The translations under genes and the position numbers were made by a program. The notes beneath the pieces were generated by a model. It worked only from the letters and a program-made list of their open reading frames with translations. It searched no databases and had not been told where the DNA came from. This document shows positions 43,082-52,783 of a stretch of DNA of 64,000 nucleotides, piece by piece (position 1 is the stretch's first letter; every line of letters starts with the position of its first letter). The stretch comes from a candidate division FCPU426 bacterium (GTDB taxonomy: Bacteria; Oederibacteriota; Muellerivitia; Muellerivitales; Muellerivitaceae): assembly GCA_963771075.1 (NCBI GenBank), contig CAVYSE010000019.1:23649-87648 (forward strand), written 5' to 3'.

Positions 43082-43405
43082 TTAGCCCAATCGTTTCAGT
43101 TGTGCCTTTAAAGAAGGTATATCTTTCTCCAGGATGTCTCAAACGACATCCAAATCCACTCCCCAATACTCATGGACGATAAGATTGCGGAAAGAAGCGA
43201 TGTTTTTCCAGGGAATGTCAGGATTTTTATGGGCATAGGACTCGGAAAGAACTCGCAAAGCCTCGGCTAAAACCTGGAGATTCCGAAGGACCGCATCCTG
43301 CGTTTTGCGGTCCTTTTTGAAATTTTCTTTGCCTTCAGACGCATACTTTTCAAGCCAATCGATGCCGTCCAACGCATGGGCAAGATAAAGCCTGGGCTCC
43401 TTCAA
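43082..43405 (-). pseudogene. HepT/DUF86 RNase toxin with in-frame TGA at 43139-43141
   Basis: RNLIVHEY (RX4HXY); frame continues VV*DILEKDIPSLK. Confidence 0.8.
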
Positions 43406-43692
43406 AGGGGGGTTGCCTCTTTTAAAACCTTTTCGCGCAAATAAGGATGCAAACCCTTTTCGGTGACCACGTCCACGTGACGTTCCAGCAATTCCTCCAG
43501 ATCCGCCACCAACCCGCCCGGGAACCAGGGAGTCACTTTTGGCCCGGTTTGAATGAGGAAATCCACATCACTTTGGTCAGTCGCTTCGCCACGGGCCACG
43601 GAACCAAACACGCGAATGTTTTCCGCACCATGCTTTTTTGCGATTTGAAGGATTTCAGATCGCTTGGTTTGAAGAATTTCTTGGATACCCAT
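43402..43692 (-). CDS. MntA-like minimal nucleotidyltransferase antitoxin
   Basis: VFGSVARGE..SDVD; paired with HepT. Confidence 0.9.
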   Translation of the reverse strand: MGIQEILQTKRSEILQIAKKHGAENIRVFGSVARGEATDQSDVDFLIQTGPKVTPWFPGGLVADLEELLERHVDVVTEKGLHPYLREKVLKEATPL

Positions 43693-43752
43693 TTTCTACC
43701 TCAATCCCATTTTATCAAACCCAGGTAGTAATACCTAAAGCTGGAAATTCCC

Positions 43753-44442
43753 TTATTTCCGAATTCCCAGCACGCTCACCGCGATGCCCATGGTTTTGAC
43801 CTCGGCGGAAACCTCTTTGAATCCGCACTTCCCCATCAATGCCTTGAACTCATCAAGCGCGGCGAAATTCTTGGCCGATTGCTGGAGGTAATCATAGGCT
43901 TCTTTGTTCTTGGAAACGGCTCCGCCCCGCATGGGGACGATGGTGCTGACATAAAAGGCATAGGCCATCTTCGCCAGGAACCCGGTGGGTTTGAAGAATT
44001 CCAGGATGACGGCCCGTCCACCAGGTTTTAAGACCCGGGCGATTTCCCGCAACCCCGCTTCCAGGTTGTCCAGGTTGCGCACGCCAAATCCGCATACCAC
44101 CGAGTCAAAGCTATAGTCTTGGAAGGGGAGTTTCAAGGCATCCGCCTGGACCATTTCCATTTTCGGCTTTCCCTTGGCCTTATCCTGGGCCAGTTTCAGC
44201 ATGGGTTTCGCGAAATCGGCCATCAAAACCTGGGCACCCGGCACCTGTTCCTTGACCGCCAGGCCGAAATCGCCCGTTCCTGCACAGAGGTCCAAGACCC
44301 GCGAGGGTTTGAAATCATCTTTCAATAATTGTTTCACCGCGTCCTTGCGCCATTGGATGTCCTTGTTGAACGACAAGGCGTGGTTGGCCTGGTCGTAGGT
44401 CGGCGCGATATTGGAAAACATGGTTTGGATCTTGGCACTCAT
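43753..44442 (-). CDS. menG: Menaquinone C-methyltransferase UbiE/MenG
   Basis: MFSNIAPTYD, LDLCAGTGD, FGVRN, RVLKPGG. Confidence 0.9.
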   Translation of the reverse strand: MSAKIQTMFSNIAPTYDQANHALSFNKDIQWRKDAVKQLLKDDFKPSRVLDLCAGTGDFGLAVKEQVPGAQVLMADFAKPMLKLAQDKAKGKPKMEMVQADALKLPFQDYSFDSVVCGFGVRNLDNLEAGLREIARVLKPGGRAVILEFFKPTGFLAKMAYAFYVSTIVPMRGGAVSKNKEAYDYLQQSAKNFAALDEFKALMGKCGFKEVSAEVKTMGIAVSVLGIRK

Positions 44443-44491
44443 GAAAAACCTTTCGTTCGCGAAATAATGAATGAATTAAAAAAACCTAAAT

Positions 44492-44719
44492 TCAACTTTC
44501 AAGAGCTTTCAGAAATTCATCAACCGTCAAACCCGAGGCGGAAATAAGGCTTCGCAGCGTCCCCCTCGCAACCTCGCGGTGGTTCGGAATGGAAAGGGAA
44601 GCGATATGGCCATCTTTAGTCATGATGATATGGCTTCCACGCTGGCGGACCACTTGCCAGCCAACCTTCTGGAAAGACTTAATGACTTCTCGGGGTTTTA
44701 AAACCGGAACCGGCGGCAT
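44492..44719 (-). CDS. HicA toxin
   Basis: RQRGSH, IPNHRE, GTLRSLI. Confidence 0.9.
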   Translation of the reverse strand: MPPVPVLKPREVIKSFQKVGWQVVRQRGSHIIMTKDGHIASLSIPNHREVARGTLRSLISASGLTVDEFLKALES

Positions 44720-44925
44720 CAAACATGTACTTCGACTTTGCGGGTCATGACCGTCAAGGGCATTCCTTTTTCAGCCCTTACTTCCAAGCATTCTTTTATG
44801 GCCTGTTTGATATTGCTTTCAGCTATCTTTGAGGTTTTTCCCTGGCTCACACAACCGGGTATGGCCGGGCATTCCGCAACAAAAACACCGTCCTCGTCCC
44901 GATTGATCGTTATGACAAATTGCAC
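44719..44925 (-). CDS. Short HicB antitoxin
   Basis: DEDGVFVAECPAIPGCVSQG. Confidence 0.9.
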   Translation of the reverse strand: MQFVITINRDEDGVFVAECPAIPGCVSQGKTSKIAESNIKQAIKECLEVRAEKGMPLTVMTRKVEVHV

Positions 44926-44991
44926 TCTTAACTCCTTTGACCCCGATTATATTCTAAAGAGGGCTTTCAAACGATGAACAAAAAACCCGGC

Positions 44992-46440
44992 CTAAATTAA
45001 GCCGTATTTCTTCAAGATAGGCCGAACTCGCTCCTCTACTTCCTTATCCATCCACAATTCATCGGGCCATTCCCGGGTGAAACCCTCTTCTTTCCATGTT
45101 CGGGTCGCGTCAATTCCCAACTTGCCACCCCAACCCGTCTGGATGGAATTATGGTCCAATACGTCCAGGGGTCCCTCCCCCAAAACCAAATCCCGTTTGG
45201 GATCGAAACAGTTCCCCACCCGCCACAGCACCTGGCCGTAATCATGCACGTTGGTATCCTCGTCCACGATCACCAGGCACTTGGTCAGCATCATCTGGCC
45301 CAGGCCCCAGAGTGCGTTCATGACCTTGCGTGCGTGGTGGGGATACTGCTTCTTGATGGATACGATCGCCAGGTTATGGAAGATGCCCTCGAAGGGCAGG
45401 TCCATATCCACCACTTCCGGCACGATCTTTTGGAGGATGGGAAGGAACAGCCTCTCGGTCGCCTTGCCCAAATAGTCGTCCTCCATGGGCGGCTTCCCCA
45501 CCACCGTGGCGGGGTAAACGGGGTTTTTGCGGTGGGTCAATGCGGTCAAATGGAAAACCGGATAGGGCTCGGCGAGGCTGTAATAACCCGTGTGGTCCCC
45601 GAAGGGGCCCTCCATCCGGCGTTCCCCCGGCTCCACGTAGCCCTCCAGAACGAAATCCGCGTCAGCGTTCACGAAAAGGTCCACGGTCTTGCATTTGACG
45701 ATCTCAACCGGCTTCCCTCTCAAGAACCCTGCGAGTAAAAGCTCATCCACCCCGTCCGGCAGGGGCGCCGTGGCCGAATAGGTCAAGGCCGGGTCTCCGC
45801 CCAGGGCAATCGCCACTTCAAGCCGCTTGCCCTGTTTCTCGGCGGCGCGATGGTGTGCCGCCCCGTGGTGGTGCACCTGCCAATGCATCCCGGTGGTCTT
45901 GGAATCGAAAAGTTGGATGCGGTACATACCGATGTTTCGTATGCCCGTTTCCGGGTCCACCGTATAGACCAGGGGAAGGGTGATGAACCGGCCCCCGTCC
46001 TGGGGCCAGCATTTCAAGACCGGCAGGGTGTTCAGGTCCGGGTCTTTTTCCACCACTTCCTGGCAGGCGCCCTTGGAAACTTCCACCGGGGGGAACTTGG
46101 CCACATCCGCCAGCTTGGGAAGAAACTTCACCTTTTCCAGGAACCCTTTGGGGGGTTTGAGTTCCATTAATTCCTTGATGGCCTTGGCGTGCTCTTCCAG
46201 GTCTTCCACACCCAGGGCCAGGCTCATTCGCTTGTAGGACCCGAATGCGTTGATGAGAAGAGGATAGGCACTGCCCTTGGTTTTCTCGAACAGGAGGGCT
46301 TTGCCCCCGCCGGGGGACTTGGAAACCCTGTCAATGATGGCGGTGATCTCCAATACCGGGTCCACTTCCTCTTGGATGCGGACCAATTCGCCGCGCTTTT
46401 CGAGAAACTCAATGAATTCGTGCAATGATGAATAAGCCAT
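44992..46440 (-). CDS. ubiD: UbiD-family menaquinone decarboxylase
   Basis: WPQDGGRFITLP, EGPFGDHTGYY, GKLGIDAT. Confidence 0.92.
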   Translation of the reverse strand: MAYSSLHEFIEFLEKRGELVRIQEEVDPVLEITAIIDRVSKSPGGGKALLFEKTKGSAYPLLINAFGSYKRMSLALGVEDLEEHAKAIKELMELKPPKGFLEKVKFLPKLADVAKFPPVEVSKGACQEVVEKDPDLNTLPVLKCWPQDGGRFITLPLVYTVDPETGIRNIGMYRIQLFDSKTTGMHWQVHHHGAAHHRAAEKQGKRLEVAIALGGDPALTYSATAPLPDGVDELLLAGFLRGKPVEIVKCKTVDLFVNADADFVLEGYVEPGERRMEGPFGDHTGYYSLAEPYPVFHLTALTHRKNPVYPATVVGKPPMEDDYLGKATERLFLPILQKIVPEVVDMDLPFEGIFHNLAIVSIKKQYPHHARKVMNALWGLGQMMLTKCLVIVDEDTNVHDYGQVLWRVGNCFDPKRDLVLGEGPLDVLDHNSIQTGWGGKLGIDATRTWKEEGFTREWPDELWMDKEVEERVRPILKKYGLI

Positions 46441-46516
46441 TTGGAACCTTTAAAACCTTGTTTTACTTGGCGTCCTTGGCGGTTAATCTTCGCCTTTGTC
46501 TTGAAAGGCCGACATT

Positions 46517-47113
46517 CTACGCCCTCGGGGAGGGGGTCTCAACCTTCGGCTTCAAGGAACGCGAAAGCCAATAAGCGGCGAAACAAAGCGTCAATCCCCC
46601 GATGGCGGGGCCCCAAAAAGCCGGAAGGGTGGGTTGAAGGAAGAGATTAAAAAGGGCGGTGTAGCTCGCGCCCCACCCGCAGGCCATCCAAAATCGGGCG
46701 GCCTTTTCACCGGGGGTGGCCGCCATGAACCCCGTGAAATAGGCCGCCATGGTAAACCCCACCCCGAAGAGATGCAGGTAGGCCATGTGCTTGATGAACA
46801 TTTCGGCCTTCTCGCCCATATTGGAGACGATCGCCAGCCATACGAAACACCAGAGCACGATCCAAAGCACGGTAAACAGGGCCATGGAGTGGGAGACGAT
46901 CCAGAGTGCCGACCCGGGCTTGTTCCACCGACGGGCCGAAAGGGCCAGGGCGGCCAACCCCAGCAAAACGGGGAAACCATAGAGGACGGTGACGGAGAGC
47001 CAGTTTTCCGGGTGCTGTCTCAAGGTCGAAGCCATGGGTTCCTCACCTATCACCAGGACCGTGAGCACCATCCCCGCGGCGCCCAACCGAAAAAGCCAAA
47101 TGGGAAACTTCAT
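46517..47113 (-). CDS. Membrane protein
   Basis: About 6 TM segments. Confidence 0.6.
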   Translation of the reverse strand: MKFPIWLFRLGAAGMVLTVLVIGEEPMASTLRQHPENWLSVTVLYGFPVLLGLAALALSARRWNKPGSALWIVSHSMALFTVLWIVLWCFVWLAIVSNMGEKAEMFIKHMAYLHLFGVGFTMAAYFTGFMAATPGEKAARFWMACGWGASYTALFNLFLQPTLPAFWGPAIGGLTLCFAAYWLSRSLKPKVETPSPRA

Positions 47114-47186
47114 ATCAAAAAGCCTTAAGGGAATGCTTTATTCCAAATAATAAAATTTTGTAACTGTTCAGCACGGCTAAAAAAAC

Positions 47187-47357
47187 ATCCAACACAAAGA
47201 CACGAAGACACAAAGAACGGAATAAAAGGATAGTTTTTGAAAAAAATATTAAATTGTGGCTCATTTTCTCTTTCTTTGTGGCTTTGTGTTGGCTGTGGGT
47301 TTGCCTGACCCGAACTATTAATAAATTTTTGGACTTCTTCGCGTCTTCGCGGTAAAT
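47187..47357. repeat. Degenerate inverted-repeat element
   Basis: ATCCAACACAAAGACACGAAGACACAAAG ... CTTTGTGGCTTTGTGTTGG; CTTCGCGTCTTCGCGGT. Confidence 0.6.
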
Positions 47358-47377
47358 ATTTCGAGGTTCATTTAGTT

Positions 47378-48172
47378 TCATTCTTCAACCGCCTGTTTAG
47401 CCTTCTTGGGCCTGACGGGCGGGAAGGTCTTGGGGTAATCCACCCGCACCAAAAACAGTCCCGTCGGCGGCAGGGTCGGCCCCGCCTTCCGGCGGTCCTT
47501 CGATTTCAAGATCGTCGTTATCTGTTCCGGCTTGAGCTTCCCCGTTCCCGCGTAAACCAGTGTCCCGGTCAGGATGCGGATCATCTGGTGCAAGAAGGAA
47601 ACCCCGTAATATTCGACCCGGATATCCTTCCCCTTGCGGGTGATCGTGATTTTATGGAGGGTGCGGTGCGGGTCCGCCCATTTACCCAGGGTTCCCCGGA
47701 AGGCGGTGAAATCGTGGGTTCCTTCCAGGCGCTTGGCCGCCTGCCGCATCAACTTCAAATCGAGAGGACGGCGGAAATGGTAATAGGTATTGCGGTCAAA
47801 GACGGTGTATTCGGAACTGTTCCGGATCACGTAGCGGTAAAGCTTGGCCTTGGCGTGGTAGGTGGCGTGAAAGGTGGAAGGCGCTTCCCTCAAGTCAACA
47901 AGCCGGATGTCATGGGGAAGAAGCTGGTTGGCCACTTCCTTCAGGCGGGATACCGGCATGGGGGAAGGGGTAAGGAAATTGGCGGTTTGGCCGAGGGCAT
48001 GCACTCCCGAATCGGTGCGGCCCGCCACCAACAGCTCGACCTTGTGGCCGCAGATAAAACCCAGTTTTTCCTCGAGGGTTCCCTGGATCGTGGGGGATTC
48101 GCGCTGTCTCTGCCAACCCGCGTAGGCGGTTCCGTCGTACTCCACCGTCAGCCGCAGGTTGCGTTCGCTCAA
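47378..48172 (-). CDS. truA: tRNA pseudouridine 38-40 synthase
   Basis: YDGTAYAGWQ, AGRTDSGVHA, GTHDF, FLHQMIR. Confidence 0.95.
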   Translation of the reverse strand: MSERNLRLTVEYDGTAYAGWQRQRESPTIQGTLEEKLGFICGHKVELLVAGRTDSGVHALGQTANFLTPSPMPVSRLKEVANQLLPHDIRLVDLREAPSTFHATYHAKAKLYRYVIRNSSEYTVFDRNTYYHFRRPLDLKLMRQAAKRLEGTHDFTAFRGTLGKWADPHRTLHKITITRKGKDIRVEYYGVSFLHQMIRILTGTLVYAGTGKLKPEQITTILKSKDRRKAGPTLPPTGLFLVRVDYPKTFPPVRPKKAKQAVEE

Positions 48173-50358
48173 TGGAAGGTGCCCGGCCCCACCGGCGTAC
48201 TGTGCGACAGCAGTTGGAGGCCGTCCAGCGCCTCTTTTTGCTGTGGATTGATGGCCAAGGCGGTACGGTAGGCCTGCTCCGCGTCGTTGGGGTCGTTCAT
48301 CCCGCGGAAGGCGTCGCCCATCTTCGCGAAGGCATAGGGGTTTCGAGCCTCCCGGCGGATGCATTCCTGGTAGGAATTCACCGCTTCCGAGTAATCGCCC
48401 AGGGCCAGGCGGGTTTCCGCCTGCATCAGGTAAATGCGGGAAAGGGTCTGGGGTTGGCGGTATCTCAGGGCGTTGTCGAAACACCAGAGAGCCAGGTCGA
48501 AATTCCGGTTCATGAAGGCGAAATAGCCGGTGAAGTCGTGCCCGATGCCGTAGGAATCCTTCATGACGTCGGTGTACTCGTCCCAATAGCCCCGGGTCTC
48601 GGGTTCCATGTTCCTCAACCGGTAGGTGGACCACAGCTCGTTCAGGCGCGCGGTGGTGAAGGGGTAATTCAGGTCCTTCGTGGCGGCAATGCGCCAGAGG
48701 AAACCATCCGGCAGGGAGGACTGGTTCTTTTCCCTCATCCATTGGGCCGTGAAGATGTTGGTGTAATAGAAGGAACGGTCCTGGGCGTGCTGTTCGATCA
48801 TGTCTTGGACCACCGTCTCGGGACGGATATCGACCCGGCCATAGGGGTCCGTCCGCATGGGCACGGAAAGGAATGGCCAGCGCGCCATGAGGGGTTCGCG
48901 GTACCAATCGTAGGGGATCAACTGCATGGTGAAGCTCACCACCTCGGGCCTTTTGCCTTCCACGAACTGCAGGTACCAAAGGGGCAGGATGTCGATGTCG
49001 CCGTTGCAAAGGATGACCCCGTTGCGGTTGACGGTCTTGAGCATGTTGATGCCCTCGTCGTAGGAACTGACGTAGCGGCTCTGGTCGTTCAGGGGGTAAT
49101 TGATCTGCAGGGGAAAGAGGGCCAGCCCCAGGCAAAAGGCGCCTGTGTAGATGGGAGCCCCGTTGACTTTCCAATTTTCGGAGATCCAAAGGCAGAACCA
49201 GGCGACCGCCGCGGCCGCGTAGATGGAAAACATCATGAAGACGGGGGTGAAGAAGTTGTCCAGCGTCCACTGGTACCCTTCCAAGGGATTGTTGAACACG
49301 ATGACCCCGCCGAAAACGCCCGCTCCGAACAGGAACACGCCCACGGCCGTGGCCTTGTTCCGCCGGAACATCCAATAGAGCCCCACGAGCGCCAGGATCC
49401 CGATCAGCACCGTGAAATAAAGGCCGAACTGGTCGTTGGCGTGGAACCAGAACCGCTTCAGGTTGCGGATCACAGTGGTCCAGGAACGGGTGTCTCCGAT
49501 TCCCTGGTAGCCCTTTCGGACCACCGTCCCCCAAAGCCGGTCCAGGTTGTTGGGATTCCACCAATTCACCAGCGGATGTTGGATCGACCGTAAGGGGAGA
49601 AACAGGTAAACCGAGAGCGAGAGGATCAGCACCGTGATGCCCCGAACCACGTTGAGCGCGCCCACCGCGGAAAGGACACTGGCCAGTTTTTCCATCAGGT
49701 CAAAGGGCCTCAGCAGGCTCTTGACGATCCCCCAAAAGGGCTCCCTCTTCTGGCTGGCCAGGAAAAACCACAGGTAGGCCGGGGCCATGACCATTTGGTT
49801 GGGCCAATGGTGGGCCAGGCTTAAGCCGTACAGGAAGCCCATCAGGAGGATGGATTTGATGAACCATCCCTTTTCCCGCATCTTGAAGAAGAGGTAGAGC
49901 ATGAAGACCGATAAGAAGGTGTTCAAGGTATAGATGCCGCCCTTGGCCCCGCAGGCCTGGAACCAGTGCTGGTAGGAAAAGGCGAAAACCAGGGCGCCGA
50001 AGAGGGCCGGCACCGAGTAGACCCAGGACTTGAGGAAGGACGAATCGTCGGCGCTATGGCCCACATCGATATTCAGGGCTTCCTTGAACATCATCTTTAA
50101 CACCGAATAGAGGATCGCCACCGACACGCTGCCGGTTAAAAGGGAGCAAAAGGTCACCCGGAACATGGGTTTTCCGAAGGGAAGAAGGCAATTCACCCGT
50201 CCCCAGAGGGTATGGAGGGGGTAGCCGGGGGAATGGCTGATGGTCAATAGGTCGCAAACCATGATGGTTTCGCCGGAATCGTTGATATTAAAGGTGGCGC
50301 AAACCGTGCGCAGGTAAATGTAGAAAACAAAAAGAAAAAGGCCCAAGGGGACGAACAT
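48169..50358 (-). CDS. DUF2723 (GT-C-like) membrane protein with C-terminal TPR
   Basis: DSGE, HSPGYPL, GLSLAHH, GDIDILPLWYLQFVEG, TPR. Confidence 0.8.
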   Translation of the reverse strand: MFVPLGLFLFVFYIYLRTVCATFNINDSGETIMVCDLLTISHSPGYPLHTLWGRVNCLLPFGKPMFRVTFCSLLTGSVSVAILYSVLKMMFKEALNIDVGHSADDSSFLKSWVYSVPALFGALVFAFSYQHWFQACGAKGGIYTLNTFLSVFMLYLFFKMREKGWFIKSILLMGFLYGLSLAHHWPNQMVMAPAYLWFFLASQKREPFWGIVKSLLRPFDLMEKLASVLSAVGALNVVRGITVLILSLSVYLFLPLRSIQHPLVNWWNPNNLDRLWGTVVRKGYQGIGDTRSWTTVIRNLKRFWFHANDQFGLYFTVLIGILALVGLYWMFRRNKATAVGVFLFGAGVFGGVIVFNNPLEGYQWTLDNFFTPVFMMFSIYAAAAVAWFCLWISENWKVNGAPIYTGAFCLGLALFPLQINYPLNDQSRYVSSYDEGINMLKTVNRNGVILCNGDIDILPLWYLQFVEGKRPEVVSFTMQLIPYDWYREPLMARWPFLSVPMRTDPYGRVDIRPETVVQDMIEQHAQDRSFYYTNIFTAQWMREKNQSSLPDGFLWRIAATKDLNYPFTTARLNELWSTYRLRNMEPETRGYWDEYTDVMKDSYGIGHDFTGYFAFMNRNFDLALWCFDNALRYRQPQTLSRIYLMQAETRLALGDYSEAVNSYQECIRREARNPYAFAKMGDAFRGMNDPNDAEQAYRTALAINPQQKEALDGLQLLSHSTPVGPGTFH

Positions 50359-50609
50359 TCAGGTTATTCCTAATAAATGGGGTTCCAAACCGAACTGGGA
50401 TTATATACAAGCCCGAACCATGTCAAAAGGGGTTTTTCCCGTGCGGACCAACCTTGGGGCTAAATGTCCGGAAGCAGGGCCTGATTAGGCGGTTTGTGAT
50501 TCGAAATTAAAACTCGAACCGCGCCTTAAACGTGAATTTGAAAGAGGACGGTATCGTACCGATTTCATTCATTCAAATTATTGGTAAATCGGCACAATCA
50601 GAGGTCTCG

Positions 50610-50770
50610 ACCCCATGCCGATTTCTATTGAAGCCTAAAAGAGATCGGCATAGTCCTGAATCCCATCGCGTTTTAACGCGATGGAGGACAAAGAATCCTG
50701 TACCCAAAGGGCACTGTACCGCCCTCCGTATACGGCTTATGGAAGGGCGGCACACAGGAAATCGTGGGGT
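50610..50770. ncRNA. Unclassified multi-stem structured element
   Basis: Closing stem plus three long internal stems. Confidence 0.35.
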
Positions 50771-50838
50771 TACTTATAAAACTTGCTGAAAAAGGCGGCG
50801 AAAGCCGACTATTTCAGAGGTTACAATTTATTTGGATA

Positions 50839-51225
50839 TCAACTCGCGAGCGGAACCTTTTTGAGACCGGAAGCGTTCAAGGCGCTTGCCGGATCGGGGA
50901 AACGGTGGATGAAACGATCCAGGCCCAGGTGATCGAAGCTTTGGTCCACCGGGTCGCTCATGCCCGTGATGACCAGTTCCCCGCCTTCTTCCTCGATCAT
51001 GAAATGCAGCGCGGTGATCAATGCCCATCCGACCCGGTCGAGGAAAAGGGTTTGGCTGAGGTCTAACAGGGTTTTCACCCCCGAACACTGGGGGACCAGG
51101 TCGAATAGGGCCCCTTCGATTTCTTTCACGCAGTTGTGGAAAAGGGACCCTCGCAACCGGATCACCATGACATTTTCCGAATCCATGTATTCGTAAGTCA
51201 GCTTGTCCATTTCGTTTTCGCCCAT
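50839..51225 (-). CDS. STAS-domain anti-anti-sigma-like protein
   Basis: LLDLSQTLFLDRVG, GGELVI, HLGLD. Confidence 0.75.
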   Translation of the reverse strand: MGENEMDKLTYEYMDSENVMVIRLRGSLFHNCVKEIEGALFDLVPQCSGVKTLLDLSQTLFLDRVGWALITALHFMIEEEGGELVITGMSDPVDQSFDHLGLDRFIHRFPDPASALNASGLKKVPLAS

Positions 51226-51983
51226 GCCCTGCCCCTGATCGAATGATGGAAGGTGCCCGCCTCTTGCTTCTTAACGCGCCGAATACCGCTTCGGCTTGGA
51301 GGAGGGCTGGCCCGGGAATGCAGGCCGGGGGTTAGCGTCTTTAAAAATCCCGTAGGATAGGGGGTCGATAAAATAAGGGGGAATGGATGCGGGGAAACCC
51401 CGCCCCTACCGGATATTTTGAGGATTTGTTTCCGGCGCTGGCGCATGGGTAGGCTCCTGTTCTCAACCGCGGGCGCGGTCCCTAAAGCCGGAAAAGGCCC
51501 GGAATCTGGATGGGGGCGGATATACGCGTAAGCAACTTTGTCCAATTAAAGGTAATTTAAAGGGTTTGCTACCGTAACGATCCGCCCTCATCCCGGTTCC
51601 AATCGGCCCCCGGCGGGTGATCCGACGCTTCCCTCCTTTACCCCGCCCGGGTTGCCCTTTTAAAGAGGGTCCCGGGCGTTTCCCGTTTTTTGGATTGCGG
51701 TTAGGGTTAATGCATAGGTCGTACCAATTTTAAAAAAATGAAAAAACGGATTGAACATGGCTTGGGTGGAAACAAAAAAAGCTTTTGGGTGGATTTTTCC
51801 GGCGTTTGAAATGTTATGAGGCGGTATTTTCGGATGAAAGCCCAAAAGCGCGCCTAAATTCACCCGCACATAATTGTAGAAGCGGACCAGCCCCGGACAA
51901 TCTTGTCAATCGGAACCCAAGCAAACAGGTAAAACTTCACGCAAAGAAAAGAAAGAGGAACATAGGGGCCAGTCACGTCGCGA

Positions 51984-52610
51984 TCAAACCAGGTTTTTCA
52001 TAATCGTGGAAAAATCCTCGACAACGAACATCTTTCCCATGTTTAACAGTGATCTTTCATGCGCGTCCTTGTCCATCGACGACACGCAGTCCGATAGGAC
52101 GACGGGATAAAAACCCCGGGCGGCCGCGTCCCGGGCCGAGGTTTCCACGCCGATCTCCGTGGCAATGCCGGTGAAAAGAATAGTCTGGATTTGGCGGTTC
52201 CGCATCAGGGACTCGAAATTGGTTCCCAGGAAGATGTTGGCCGTAGCCTTTTCCAGGACAATGTCTTCCGGCTTGGGTTTTACGGCGGGAGGAACTTCTC
52301 TCTCTTTCGACCCCGGAGGCATGAATACCGGTAATTTTGAGGGGTCATCCACCCGGAATCTTTTCATCATGGTGTAGAGCCCCCAGGAGGATTGGAATTT
52401 CTGGGGCAAGGGGGTGATGAGGGTGTAAACCACCGGCATCCTGCCCCCAATGGCTACCAGGAGGTTCTTTAACCGTTCCAGGAAAATCTCTTTATTGAAA
52501 ATCCGATCCACCAAACCGTTTTGAACGTCCCAGACCACCAGGCAGGAATGGCTTGGATCGACGATCTCCTGGAGGGTTTCAAAAACATGGGTCCCATTGA
52601 AATTCTTCAT
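51984..52610 (-). CDS. Isochorismatase-family hydrolase (YecD-like)
   Basis: VWDVQN, LEK, GIATEIGVETSARDA. Confidence 0.85.
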   Translation of the reverse strand: MKNFNGTHVFETLQEIVDPSHSCLVVWDVQNGLVDRIFNKEIFLERLKNLLVAIGGRMPVVYTLITPLPQKFQSSWGLYTMMKRFRVDDPSKLPVFMPPGSKEREVPPAVKPKPEDIVLEKATANIFLGTNFESLMRNRQIQTILFTGIATEIGVETSARDAAARGFYPVVLSDCVSSMDKDAHERSLLNMGKMFVVEDFSTIMKNLV

Positions 52611-52783
52611 GGCGCTTCCTTTTTCCGGGCCTCCCCAAACCCTTAGATGTTCTGTTCTATTCAGACATTCTTTCAATCCAAAAACGACCGGACCACAACT
52701 ACCTTGATAGGAATCTCGTAAACAAAACTTTTTAGATCCGGAATAAAGGGGCCAGCCTGTCCCCTTTGTTGCGCTTGGTTCCT

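Noticed and set aside
43139..43141. TGA-to-Trp recoding
   Set aside because: Many genes in the window end in TGA at the expected position
47378..49564. 728-aa ORF suggesting a TruA fusion
   Set aside because: N-terminal part is an alternative frame of the DUF2723 gene; TruA starts near 48172
50400..50426. TTGACA/TATAAT upstream of the DUF2723 gene
   Set aside because: Spacer only 15 nt, so not called as a promoter
50413..50480. SRP RNA-like words (GAACCATGTCA, GTCCGGAAGCAG)
   Set aside because: Not contiguous; helix 8 cannot be formed
51921..51946. GCAAAC..ACGCAAAG resembling a c-di-GMP-I riboswitch
   Set aside because: No second stem; no downstream plus-strand gene
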